Shown piece by piece: positions 13,044 through 26,902 of a stretch of DNA of 64,000 nucleotides. The notes under the pieces were generated by a model, which was not told the origin of the DNA, made no database searches, and worked only from the letters and a program-made list of their open reading frames with translations. Both the position numbers and the translations under genes were made by a program. The number at the start of each line of letters is the position of its first letter. The first letter of the stretch is position 1. This stretch comes from Camelus ferus (lineage: Eukaryota): positions 19,656,001 to 19,720,000 of the forward strand of contig NC_045696.1 in assembly GCF_009834535.1 (NCBI RefSeq). Direction: 5' to 3'.

Positions 13044-13484
13044 TTATATTAGTTTTCTGTTTGTTGCTGTAAGAAATTATCACAGACTTGGTGGTTTTAA
13101 ACAAGATAAATTTACCGGCTGTAAGTCAGAATTCTGACGCAAGTATTACTGGGCTGAAATTAAGGTGTCATCAAGACTGTGTTGCTTTCTGAAGGTTCTA
13201 GGGGAGAAGTCATTTCCTTTCCTTTCCCCCATCTTCAAGGCCAGCAAAAATGCATCTCTCCATGTCTTTCTTCTGTGGTCACATCTCCCTCTATCTTCAG
13301 GATCCCAGTGATTATGTTAGGCATTCCCAATTATCATTCAAGGTGATTTTTCTGTTTTAGAGTCAGCTGGTTAGCAACCTTAATTCCATCAGCAACTTTT
13401 ATTTTCCCTTTTCCATAGAACATAACATATTCACAGGTTCCAGGGACAAAGACATCTATGAGGGGCCATGATTCTCTCCAACAC
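13044..13484 (-). mobile_element. MaLR solo LTR (MLT1D-like)
   Basis: tattagttttct...gctgtaa...gggctgaaattaaggtgtca...ctaggggagaa...acatattcacaggttccaggga. Confidence 0.85.
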
Positions 13485-14639
13485 AACCTTCAGCATCACC
13501 ATTCACTCTTTAGTTTAGCAAACTATGTTGCCCAATCAAAGAGCTGTCATCTGCTACCGCTTAGGAGAAAAGAAAAAGTGGAAGATCTTGTGTCCTCTCA
13601 AGGAGCTGTTTCTCTTGATTTCCAGCAGAAGCAAGTTATAGATTTAAAATCTTCACATATTTGCTAATGGGCATTCCATTTAGAAGCTACTATGTGAAAA
13701 TTCTCACTTCAATCACAACTGCTGTTTGCACACAGGCATATTTTTCCTTGTGAGCCACCCACATAAATGTTGTTATTCTCTTTTTTTTAAGATGTCATGT
13801 AGACCAATTTGGTGAATATTACAGTGGCAAAAAATATCAAAAAGGAAACCCTCATGATACTGATCATGGGCAAACCACTTATAATCTTTGGGACTCAGTG
13901 GCCCAGCTATAACTGGTAGTTTGTAACAGAATCTTCAAAGATCTGCCCCCCCCCATTCTTTACAAGTTGATGGCACGTGGTATCAAAAACAATGGTTTCT
14001 TCTAAAGATCTTGTCTTATTTTCTTTACATATCAATGAGTCTAATGCTTCCAAATTTGGTCTATAATCTGGAATTCTGGCATGCTGGTGTATGTCTGGGA
14101 AAGGCAAGCAGCTTACAACTGGGTTCACAGAAACAACACAACATGATTCCTATGCTTATTACTGTTTTTCAACTTTTCCCTTGTTGAACTTCTGGAATCA
14201 TCTGTACTTTCAAAACTATGCTAGATATTTTAGTTACTATTAGGATTGCTTTGTGCCCTTCTTTTAAATGCAAATTAAATGATACAGGAAGTAAGGCAAC
14301 ACAGCTGAGCCAGCCCTCCCTGAAGACTAGGCTTAGGCCATGTATTTGGATGATCTCCATGCATCTGAAATCCTTCAAAAGTGAAAATCCACAATCTGAA
14401 GTCCTTCAAAGGTGCAAATCCACAATTTGAAGTCTAAACAGCAATGAAGTGGAACCCCAAGAGGGCTTTCTGAAAGTATACTTGGTTACAAACCTCTAAA
14501 GACCTAATTCTCTTATTAATTAATACCATTTCAATTTATTATTATTATTCCAATTTCGCCTCTTGGTTCAGCATACTTGTTATGCTTACAAGCACACATA
14601 GGTCCCACCTAAGAGAATGTTCTAATTGCATTTGAGCAA

Positions 14640-15265
14640 TGTATTAGGTTTCCATTGCTGCTGTAACTAATGGCCACAAACTTAGTGGCTTAACTAGCAC
14701 CCATCTATTATCTCTCAGTTTCTGTGCTTCAGAAGTATTAGCAAAACATGGGAGAGCTGGTTTCCTGTGTGAGTCCAAAGTCAAGATGCTAGTAGGGCTG
14801 TGCTACTTTCAGGAGGTTCTAAAGTTGTTTACAGAATTCAGTTTAACTGGTTGTAGGACCAGTTTTTCCATTTTATTCTGGCTTTTAGAAATAAAGGGGT
14901 TGCTGTCATCTTCTGGAGGCTTGCCTGCATTCATTGGCTGTGGTTCCTTTCTTCCATCTTTCGTGCCAGCAAATGAGGTTGAATCTCCTCGTGCTTGAAT
15001 CTGTGACCTCTCCCCCTTTGCCGTATCTCTTGTCTGCCTCTCTTTCTGGCTCCATCTTCTGATTGACACATCTGTCTTCCTCTGCTGCTTTTGAGGTGGG
15101 TGTGATTACACTGGATCCAGGATAATCCTCCTATTTAAGGTCACTTGATAAGTATTCTTAATTCCATCTGCAAAACCCCTTCCTAGCAGTATGTAGACTC
15201 ATGTTTGATTGAATAACCACAAGACGAGAATTTTGGGGGATCATTTTTAGTATTCTTCCTACCAC
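14640..15265 (-). mobile_element. MaLR solo LTR (MLT1E-like)
   Basis: tgtattaggtttccattgctgctgtaac...ccaggataatc...ttcctaccaca. Confidence 0.85.
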
Positions 15266-18200
15266 ATGCAGGGACTATATTTAAGATTCTATTTTCATTT
15301 TTACAGGGCCTCACAAACTTACTTTTGCAAGAGAGACATGATAAAATAAATCAGAGAAATAAAAATGTACACCTAAATACTGATTTTTTTTTTTTTTTAT
15401 CAGTAGCGGATACTTCGTTGGGAATTTTTATTTCAATGCTCCAAGGCCAGATGATTGCTTTCCACATTCCTGTGTTCAGACTTCGTGCTCTAGGTTTTGT
15501 GCACAGACTCAGACCACTGTACATAATTTACCTCAGCACTGATTTTCCCCAAATGTTTAGACTGGGCCACCAACATCCTGGTGGCATGCTACATTATTTT
15601 TATTGTCACTGGATGTCAGATATATTCTTCTCCACTCCTTTAACTCTTGCCTGGCTGTATTCACACCCCCTCATAGCAGACGTTACTGTTTCCACCCAGA
15701 ATAAAACTGCTGGGCACCCTCGACTTTCTCCTGTGCAGTGGACACCCACTACACCCTCACCTGTCACACTGGTAGTCCTTTTAACTTTAAAATAACAGTT
15801 TTATTTCTTGGGAGAATTTCTGCCTGTAAAGGTTATCATTTGCCTTGGATTTGTGGGTCAAAGTTCAACCAAGGTTTTCGAATTACTTCTCCCACCAGTA
15901 GACGCTTGCTGAACACCCTCAGATTTCTCTTTTCTAATCTGGCTCCTGTAGCCCTGGCCTGTGTTATCTAGGTTTTTCTAAAGAAAATTTCCTGACAGAA
16001 GGACAAGGTCATCTCAGATAACAAGTATTAGGGAGCCAGATTGTGGTCACATACATAGGTCATGTCCTCTAAACCAGTTTTAGCAGTAATAAAGTTGACT
16101 TTTTTTTCTCCATCTGCCCAACTCCCTGTTTATTTTCAGTGGGTTTGTAACTCACAGGGGAAGAAAAATGGTGATAAATTATGACCCCTCAAAACCCAGC
16201 AATATCTTACATATGCTCTGATTTTGTATTCACCCACTACCCCACACTCTGTTTATTTTTTTTTTTTTTCCTTTTCTTTTCCAGGTGTTGTAAACTCCTA
16301 CTGCCTGATAATTAAGCATCTGGCTTTTGTACTACCTGATATTTTCCTGATGCCTGGCACAATACCTGACACGTAGTCAAAATCCACTGAATATTTCTAG
16401 ACTATCTGTTAAAACTGAAAGTCCGTCTTGGGTATAGCAGGCCTGAGACCCAGAGGCCTGGGATATGGACAGTGTCTGTTATCAAGATAATTATTGTATT
16501 AGCCTTTGACCTCCGCTTAGTTTGAATTTTAGCCCTCTTCTTGCCAAAGTATTTTAATTTCTTTCCAACCAAATGAAAAGAGGTGGGAAAAAGAGATCAG
16601 AGATTGTGTTATCAGGCTAACCTTCTTTCCACCGCCCCGCCCAAGCCACCATGGGAAGAATCCTTACCAAAAAGCTGAGAAAACAAAATTTTAAAAATAT
16701 ATATATACATATATGTACAGATATATAAAATATATGTGCGTATATATATATATACACACAATATCCTTTTTAAGAGCTTGAACAAATATGAATTCTCTTT
16801 CATTTATTTCTTAGAGAAATATTTAAGAAACACTTTGTTTAATGAACTGTCTACATTAGAAAGAAATCCTCACTTGTGTTCTTCAAACACCTCCTTCCAA
16901 TGCTGTTGCTTTAACATGAGCACATCTCTATGGCTCTGTTCCATTTGTCATTGCTAAAATCATTTTATCCTGGAAGTTCTTGACAAAGCACGCATTGGTC
17001 TTTGCAAAAAAAATGAACACATACACATATAGAGAATATTAAGCATATAACTGCACTAGATTCATGAAGTTTCCCTCAGTAGATCCTTAACTTCTGAGGT
17101 TGGTTCTATCCTATACTGTACCAATCCACCATCTTTCCATCATCACAGATTTTTCTTAAGGCTTTGACCATCACAAATATAATGATCAGTAAAACTTTAG
17201 TACTAGCTTTTCACTTTCAATGTTTCTTATGCTTAAATGTATTCAAAAGACTTCTGAAATCAGCATGTTTCCAGAATTACATCATTCCTCTCGCCAAGAG
17301 TTTCTTTTAGTGCTACTTCAAAATAAAATTAGTTATATCAGCATTTAAGTCCCTCCAATAGCCAATTTCAATTTCATTTTTCCTTCTCTTCACATATTTG
17401 TGTGCTTTATTTGAGACTATCGTGATTTTGTTCATTCCCTTTCATGCACATACCCAAATATACTTCAAGGTCTAAAACCTGACTGGAAGTATTTCTCCTT
17501 CTCCAGAGTGCTTTGTGCCAATAGCACATGCGGTATTTTCTCAAGAAATAATACTCCCCAGGAAATTAGTCAAAGACAATCATTTGGCTTGGGGAAAAGA
17601 AACTTAAATCTTAAGGCATGGTAGCTAAATAACTTATCCTCCTGGGACCCATATTAAATATGTGACTTTACTCAAATTAACTTTACTCAAATTAACATTT
17701 CACTAAGCAATGCATAATTTAATAAGTGCTTCACAGAAATGACATATCAAGGAAAGAAAATTGGAGCTGGATATTTAGAAATACTGACATTACTAAAAAA
17801 TGCAAAGTATGGGTAATTACCATGCTTATTTCAACAATCTGGACCCCACAAACATTTTTTCATGAAATGCTTTACTTGGAAAGACTGTAATTCTCAAAAA
17901 TTTGAAAGGTACATAAAAATTAGTGGAAAGCACACACAAAAAAACCCACCCACATAGCACCATGATCTTCACGTCCTACACATCTTTAGTGTAAGTAAAA
18001 CTCATTCACAGAAGCAAGGAAAATAAAACAAATGCTTAGAATTTAGTTTTGGTATATCTTAGAAGGTTGAGCTTAAAGTAGAAATTGATTTTTCAGACAC
18101 TGTCTTCAAAAATGAATCATAAAAGATTTCAGGGCCATATGTGTATCTAGTGGCAGCTGTCAAACTGCAATTTTCAGTTACTCAGTTCTGTTGATCTGAA

Positions 18201-19034
18201 TTGATCAAGAAGTTCATTTGCAGAATATCTGAAATGTCCTTCAAAGCAATCACCCTTAATATTGTTTCTATGTTTACATTAGGTAGCTTTTTAAATAAAA
18301 GATATCAAAGAGCAGGATGTGTACTCTTTCCTTGCACTTGGAGAGCACGTTGTCAGTTTGTGTTACATATGTACATTGATGTGACATTTTAACATCATGG
18401 GCAGCCATTCTCATATGAAATCTGAAGCTTTACTGGATGTTTTTCAAATTGGGATGAGCCTATGGAGAACCTTGGACAGAACAAGCCTCTTCTTAGGTAA
18501 AAGGTATAAATATACCACAATGTGAACAGCATCTCAACATGATTCTAATAACATTGCTTCAGTGCTTTTAACTTAAAATTTTCTTGATAAAGCAAATGAT
18601 ACTCAAAGTTTGAACAATATGGCTCCCTAGTATATTTTATAAGAGATCATATTACATTTTAAAGAGGTAAAAATATTAAAAGTATTAAAATATTATTTAT
18701 TAATCAGTTGAAGACTGGGAAGCATTTACCAAAAACTGTGCATTTAGCTTTAAAGTAGTTAAAATGCTAGCTTAACCTTTTGTCAGGAATTGGCAACTTC
18801 AACTTAGTACTGAAGTTATGTTTGATATACTAAATCCATGCCATTAACATTAGAAGAATGCTTGCCTTTCTATTTGCTGTATCTGTCATAAAAGTATCTA
18901 GGAATTCCAAAAGTCATGAATAACCAAGTCAAAAAGAAGGCAAGACATAAGTAATTATAGATTCACATTCAGTCAGAAATTATAACTGATTTATCTGTTA
19001 ATTCATGGGATTATTTATTTAGTTATCTATATTT

Positions 19035-19900
19035 TTAGGTTGAGATTTTAATTGAGATCATTAAACATTCACACAAAGCAGGAAGAAGGAATACAGAGAT
19101 ATTCCATGTACACATTGCCTAATTTTCCCCAATGATACAATTTTTAAAAAACTATAATGTGATATTCCAACCAGGATACTGTCATTGATGTAATCTACCT
19201 GTCTTATTGAGATTTTCTCAGTTTAGCTGGTATTCATTTCTGTGTGTATGCATGTGTATTTATTAAGCTCTCTACAATTTTATCACCTGGATAACTGTAC
19301 AAACCCACCACCACAGCCATGATAACAATGCTGAGTGCTTCCAACACCACCATAATCTGTTCTCTTGCCTTTAATATTCACACACACTTTCCTCTCACCT
19401 GCGCCTCAATACATCCCTACCCTGGCAACCAACAGTCTGTTCTCCATTTCTAAATTTTGCCACTTCAAAATTTTTAGATAAATGGAGCTCTTTAGCATAC
19501 AACTTTTTTGGCTTGGCTTTTTTCATTCTGCAAATTCCCTAAAATGCATCCAACCTGTTACACATTTAGTCATTCTTGTTTATGACTGAGTAGTATTCTG
19601 TGGCCATATTTATTTATTTAACCCTTCAAATGTTGAAAGGTAGCTGAGCTGACCCCAGTTTTTGGCAATTACAAATAAAGCTGCTAGGGACATGTGTGTA
19701 CATGTTTTTTATGCATGTAAGTTTTCATTTCTCTGGAATACACACCCACAAATGCAATTGTTGGGTCATATTGGTAACTGCATGTTTAGTTTTATAAGGA
19801 ACTATAAAACTAATTTTGAGAGTGGTTGTATCATTTTAAGTTCCCATCAGCAATGTACAAATTGTTCCAGTTTTCCTGAATCTTCACCAGTATTTGGTGT
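19035..19900 (-). mobile_element. Old L1 (L1MC-type) 3' fragment
   Basis: aatacagagatattccatgtac...ccctggcaacc...ttggcaattacaaataaagctgct...cccatcagcaatgta. Confidence 0.85.
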
Positions 19901-20763
19901 AAGGAATAAAGACTAAGAGGTGAAGAGGCCTTAACAGGCCCTATCCTCAGGGTCTTATAATCTAGCTAGACCAGCATCGTTCAGGTTGTATCTCTACCAT
20001 GTGGACCATGCAGCCAAGGAAGTCCATTTTCAGAGAGAGAATACACTGAAAAGAACATAGGGCAAGGAGCAGTGACTGCAGCAGAGAGGACATTCACAGC
20101 ATTTCAGTCTTGGACCCAGATCCTCTTTCTGTAAATGTGTCACTGCCCTTTCTGAAACATGGACAATGTATCTAGGAGATATTTCAGTATATTTCCCCTT
20201 TTTACCTAGTTAGTTTCTGCTGCTCAAAACAAAACAAAACAAATAATCCTTCCTAATACGCTAGGTGGTAAAGAATGTAATAGGGTTATGGTACCTAAAT
20301 GAAATCTATTTCCTGACACACACTGTACATGCCAAGGACTCTAGAGGCAGACAAATCTGAATTGGACTCAAATCCTGACTCTTAGCATATGTGAGTCACC
20401 TTCGGTTACCATATGGATTAAATGAAGCTTGTTCTTAAATGATTCATCACAATTCCTGCTGCATTTAACAGCAAATAAGTTCTAATAGTAAAAATGCTTT
20501 TCAAGAAATCTGATGTGCTATTGTTAAGCAAGACGTTTTCATGCATTTTGGATGAAATTGCCCATCAGCTGCTAAATCTGTATTTGGGGAAAAGATGATG
20601 CTGACCTTGGAGATTAACCCCCAAAATGTATCATTTAAAAACAGTATTTAATTTTTAAGTTTACTTAGTGTAAAGTTTCATGTTATTAAAATTTATTTAG
20701 TGATTTACAAAGGAATGATTGCAAAGAGCTGCTGGTAGCAATTTCTGATATTCCTAACCCACT

Positions 20764-20808
20764 GTGCGTGTGTGCGTGTGCGTGTGCATGTGTGTGTGTG
20801 TGTGTGTG
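20764..20808. repeat. (TG)n microsatellite
   Basis: Directly visible. Confidence 0.9.
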
Positions 20809-23800
20809 TTTGGGGAGAGTAATAAAGAAGCCTTGTACCTCTCCTATGGAGAAGGCCCCTTAGTGTACAGTGTGCTGTTTTCTCCCCTTTCCCCACCCTC
20901 CTCACTCTCCCTCTACTCTCACTTATCTCACCACCACTAGTGACTTATCAAAGGATCCCGTTCAACTATAAAACATTCTCCCTCTAGGACGATTCTGGTA
21001 AATAAGATCTTCTCCACCTCATTGCCTTTCAAAGACATTCTGACAGTCCCTATAGATGACAGCCCTGGGCAGCTGTCCAGCTGACCTGTCCTGTACTCTC
21101 TCTCTGGGTACCCTTTTTCAAGACAAAATGCTTCACTCTGTTTCCAGCCAACAAAGAGATCCTGCCTGTTGATTAATACAGGCAAACTTGCCCCCACAAA
21201 TCAAAGCCCCCCATTCATGGTACTTTTGACATAACTCTGGAAAGAGAAGGCAGTCTTCTTTCTCTTGTTCTCTTATTCTCCTTGAATTTTTAAGATGTCA
21301 TATTTCATGAAGGATTTTTACAGTAAATCAGTCATGGCCTGGTATTCTTAAGTGTCTCACTATTTGAAAAAGTGTTAAAAAAAATTAATCCTCAGTTTTT
21401 GAGCTTAGGTGATGAAAGCTTTAAGGTACGACCATCAAATGATGTAACAGTTTAGGATTATTACAATTTGTAAATAAATGTCACATTTAAAAATTTTATG
21501 TTTCTAATTTATGACCTAGTTTAAGGATAGTAAGTACAAAAATGGCAATGTTTGGCAACTGATAACATCTTATCAAGTTGGCCTGTTTTCCTAATAATAT
21601 TTCTCAAGACAACATCTACTTGATTGGATATAAGAGAAAGCAATGAATTGCATGGTCAAGTTTGATCTATCACAACATCTCTACTATTTTATGACAGAAG
21701 GAACAACTGTTGATTTTCTATGTCTATATCTAAATATATGAAAGTGACATGAGCTCTTGAATTTAGAAGTGAAAATCAGCCAGCACTTCCAACTTCAGCT
21801 GACTCCTCAAGCAACACTGGGAAATTCCCCAGAGTCTATGCTCTGCCCAGGTTTCTCAGCATCTTCTATTCCCACCACTTTGCTATAATACAGTGCTGAT
21901 TTTTTTTTTTTTTTGGAGGAGGGGAGCAAAAGTGTGGCAAGCACTGTTTTGCAGCATAGTAGGCCTCTAGTGTCTGCCTCTGCCCTTTCCCTTCCATCTT
22001 CCAGTGAAGAGACCCTGCCAGCTCATCTCCTATGTGGGACACACATGCTGATTTAATTTTTCAACACAGAGGAGAGAGTCAGAACTTTTATGATAACAGG
22101 CTACATCACAGGGGAATTAAGACAGACAATCTCTGCAGTAACCTCATACATCTGTAGATGCATCCACTTCCATGACTGGCTGCAAGTCTCTCCGTTCTTC
22201 TCCCAGCCTGCTTCATGTGACAAAGACCAGTTCCCCCACCACCTGCTATGTCATCAGGCTTTATAATGCAAGCTAAACCCATTATGGGAATCAATCCTAA
22301 TCCATGCCCATTATCATTTCATGCTCTCAAATGTATCTCTTAGTAGGATATTCAGAGTAGAAATTTCAAGGTGTCAATAAAGCAATCACGTGGAAGTACC
22401 ACATCAATAGATTTCAGAGTTAGGGTTATTTTTATATTAAACCACAACATAGATAAGGCATCAATGTTCCAAACCAGCTTTAAAAATAAACAGTTCAATC
22501 TCAGCTTATTAAGGGTAAAAATCATATAGTTCAATCTCACCTTGATTTACCTTACTAAACATAAACCACAGTGAAAGAAACATGCTTATAAATTTAAGTA
22601 AATATTTTCAGCTGAAAATAAAAACTTACTGGGCCTGATATGAAATGAGGCAAAGACAAAACCTGTGCTGGGAATTTTAAAAACATGAATAGCCATTTAT
22701 TGTTCTATGATTATCTTTGCCCATAAGCTAAGCAGGTACAAGGCGAGACTATCGAAGAATTTTAATTTTTTTTTTCCTTAAGGCCTTTTCTAAAATAATC
22801 TCCATGCAGGTAGTGCCACTTTTCAAGCATTCATATTATTCTATAATCAAAATAAGATTTATTAAAAAAAAGCTGGAACTTACATGCATTTTGTCAAAAA
22901 GAAGCTAAAAAAAAAAGATGCTAAGTATTTTACCCAAGGTCATCCTAATTCAACCTTGGACCAGGAATAAAAAATGATATTTAGTAGATGTCTGACTAAC
23001 TGGGCTCTTAATATTGCAAAGTATTTTAATTGGTATTAATATTACAACAGAGACGTCAATTCCATCATCCCCTGCTGCCTAGTACAGATTGCATTTTATT
23101 AGTCTAAAGACATTGAAATGATTTGAAGTGATAATTAAAACGTTTCTTCAGTATATACTATTTTATTCCCTATCAGTTGACTCAAGGTCACATACTACTA
23201 CCCCCAACAAATTCCACACTTCATTTTTTTATTCCAATTTATACTTTTATACCTTGGAAATATTTATGGCTTTTTATATTTTCAATATACCTTGGGAAAT
23301 TCTTTCTACCAGCTAATTGTAATTAACTTCCAAAAGCTTATGATCTAACAGAGCATTTCCGTTAAATTGGTAACTCAAGTTTACAGTCATGAAAAATTAA
23401 CAACGTATTAAATGGAGTTATTTCATAATTCAGAGGCATAGTTTTACTTGTTTTACTTGGAAAAATGTCAGTCATACCTTTCTTAAGGAACACATTGAAT
23501 AGTACAACTAACCTGATATATTATAGTTTTTGGTTTAATTATTCTTGACAAAAGATATGAAAAAGAAGAGACTGAAGCTTGTGTATCTCCTTGATGACAT
23601 TCAGTTTTCCTTTAACTGGAATAATTTTTCAGTCAATAAATTTCCATGTACATGAGTTATTTATCTCTAAATATTTGGGGAGGGTCCTCCTGTACTGATA
23701 GGCTTAGCTCTCTGCCCTTACAAACTCTCAATCTCCGACCAGCTGGCAAGTTTTCACACTATCTTTGACTTTGGAACAGGCATTTGGAATCAGTACCTGA

Positions 23801-26800
23801 GTAAGCCTACATAATGGACAGCTAAGGTGTACATTGCAGGATAGAGTTATTTGTGGATTCATAATGATCTTGTATCCTGCTCCTAATAAGTAGGTTCCCA
23901 TTGAGTTCCCTATGGGCAAGTGCCACCTGACAATCTAGTTCAAAAACTGGGTTCTGGTTTTGCTCCCTTTTGCTGGAGTCCCAGCCTTGATTACCCTGTT
24001 TGGCGTGACAGACTCAATAGAATAGCTTTAATTTTCATCAGCATTGCAGCTCCATCTCTTAACCATTGCCCTAGTGCCTAGTCAGGAAAACTGGGCAAAG
24101 ACACAGACAAACATCGGGAATGGATAACACTCTGCTTCTTGATTGCCCAAACTCACCCATCCCTTCCTAATCTAAATTAAAGCTCAACTTTACTAAAACA
24201 TTCTCCAATAAATAGAACAATTTATGTATTAACATAACAATATCCTGATTCACTTGCGAGTAGTATTATTCACAAAGAACAATATTCTATGTGATGTATG
24301 CATGCAAACAAATATAAATATATGATCGATGTACCTGTTTTTTCTGTTGCTCCAATTTTACCTTATTTTTTAAAAAAAGTTATAGGGCAATTTATTTTTA
24401 TTATAAAAACATTTACATTACACTTCCAAGGGGTTCTTATCCAATAGGGTTCTGATGCTCTATAAAACATGATTTCATTTACAAGAAGTCAGTATGCACA
24501 CAATTGAATTACAAAAGTTCAGTTTCTAGTCCCATGCTTTTTGGTTTTGGATTCACGTTGACTGCATAATAAAATCCAAATCCTCTTAAGTAGTACAAAA
24601 GGTTCTTAACAATGATCTATATTTCTATCAGTCCCTCACACAGTAATTTTTTTGTTGTTACATTTTTAGATGTCTTAATGTCTTTACCCTTTCTCTTGCC
24701 TGTCTTTGCCTAACATACCTGGACGCATGCACTAAGGTGAAGCTAAAATGGCAGCATCCTGGCCAAGCTTACCAGCACTCCTCTGAGCAAAATTAATTGC
24801 TTCACCCTCATGACAGTAGGGTCTGTACCGTGAGTTTAGTACAGTATAATATAGTATGACTGTACAGGAAGATACTTCCAAGGTCTCCTGTTAGTAAGTT
24901 ATAATGCTTGAAAACACACAAATATCAAATCTAGAGTTTATAAATTAAATACAAGGAAAACCAAAACATGATAAAATTCAAATACCAGTACTAATTTGAT
25001 ATGCAGTTAAATCACTGTTCACAGTGATCTCAGGGTACTTACTATGGTGGTCCAAGTTCCTTTGAATCATAAGAAGACTTAATTGTTCCAGAATCTTTGC
25101 TTTTCAAATTGGTAAAATCAAGTTTGCTTCATTAAATGCATCATAACATTATCTGAACTTTATTTGGTATAAAGGCTCTTATTTTAATAATCAGTAATAA
25201 TCACAGTGTCTATAATTGTTTTCAATTTTATAAAGACAATGTTAAAATTCTGAGAGATGTCCATTAATACGATTTGGATTTAGATAGAGATAAACACCTT
25301 GTATATTCTCTTCATCCAGATGCAAATTATTCCGTCATCGTTTTAATGAGACATTATTTAATATCTATAATAAATCTGAGTTACCCATAAATGTTATAGA
25401 TGTCAAACCAAGCAGTATTCTATGTATTATTCCACTAGGTTCCTACTGAATGAATCAGTACTTTTATCCTTGTATTTAATAATTATTTCAAAAATAATTA
25501 CATCATCTCCAATTCATGTACTGAAAAACTAAGACATAAATTTTAAATAACTCGAATTCCAAATTGTGAAGAAAGCAAAAAAAATTATTAAGCATGACAT
25601 TTATGTTGCAGAAGAATATAACAAAACACAACATGAAGTCATTTAAAAAATTAGTAGTTTAGAAATAAATTCTTAAAAACATTTCTGTGTCATAAGAATT
25701 TACTGATGACAGCATTTTTGATGCCATTAAATGTTCAAACTTTGTAGGCTCGTGTGGTATTTTACTGTGCTTAAGGGTCTATCTGTAAGGTTACAGCAGT
25801 GTTATGGAGTGTAATTATCATAGAATAATTAGGTGAATCAACTATAAAGTAGGCTGCCTTTTATATTGTTCCATATATAATAGTAATTTAAATAGTTGTT
25901 GAATGGAGGTTTAGTAATAATACAAATTTCCAGAAAGTTTCCAAGACCTAATATTCAACTTTATATTATGAAAATTTATCCTATCAAGATGTAAAATGAG
26001 GTTTATTAACATATACATAGAATGTATAACTACAATATGGAATTTTATGTGTTACCATTTAAAATATTATAAAATGCAAGATAACCATCCTACATCCTCT
26101 CTTCTAAACATCCTTCATTCATTCAACCAACAATTGTTAATTACCTACTATATCTAAGAAAGCATAGTGTTTTCAGTGACATGAAATTGGCTAAGTTGCT
26201 AAGAGTACTCTTAAAGTTTCATAAAACTTTAAAGTTTCTTTAAAGACTAAGAATCCTGGGAATACTTTTGAGTAGTCAAATACATAAATACAGGTACTCT
26301 ACAGTGTTGACTGCACTACCTTGTCTTCTATTTTAAATGAAAGAAAGTGTAGGATTTATAACATCATTATTTAGTCAAAATTCTCTAGACTTGAAACAAG
26401 GTTTAAACAAAATATAATTTACATAAAAGCAATAGGTCTCAAGGAAGTTAATGCGTATCAGAAGGCCTGGAGAAATTTAAAGGAAATTACAGATCTAGAC
26501 CATATTCTAGCATATTCTGACTCATTCTGACAGCAGTGGAGTCCAGCACTAGTATAAATTAAAATATTAAGATTCACAGTTAATTCTGACATGCTGAGTA
26601 TTTATAACACCCAGCTGTAAATTCCTGAGCACAGTTTTATGAGAAAATTATGATTTGAAAGTTAGAAGAGATATACAGAAAATAAACCACTGCTCAGTTT
26701 TAATATTAAAATGTATTTAGGTTTCATAAGCAGGTGAAATATTATAAGATTTGCATCATTAATGGTAGTTTATGTGAACAAGACATTGATATTTTCCCAT

Positions 26801-26863
26801 CAGAGTTTTTAGTTCATGTGTATGTGTGCATACACCATATATACACATATACACACATGGATG

Positions 26864-26902
<39 letters not shown>

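Larger units (their letters stand above)
12125..22207 (-). pseudogene. Decayed multi-exon gene B (unidentified), convergent with gene A
   Basis: Minus-strand exon candidates: 22207-22150, 21165/21161-20949 (71 open codons; donor reads ATAAGT), 15991 to 15761 or further, 14260-14163, 14094-13964 (ctgcttgcctttcccAG; open frame IHQHARIPDYRPNLEALDSLICKENKTRSLEETIVFDTTCHQL) and terminal 12362-12125. Reading frame is partly ambiguous. Confidence 0.4.

Noticed and set aside
15325..15795. 156-aa plus-strand ORF as a gene
   Set aside because: Non-ATG start, no recognisable domain, spans a T-run; more likely the antisense shadow of a purine-rich block.
20960..21070. Fibrinogen-domain-like VIYRDCQNVF...IY..RP on minus
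   Set aside because: No downstream CDM/GGWTVIQRR or GFG..GEFWLG exons found; the frame has several stops.
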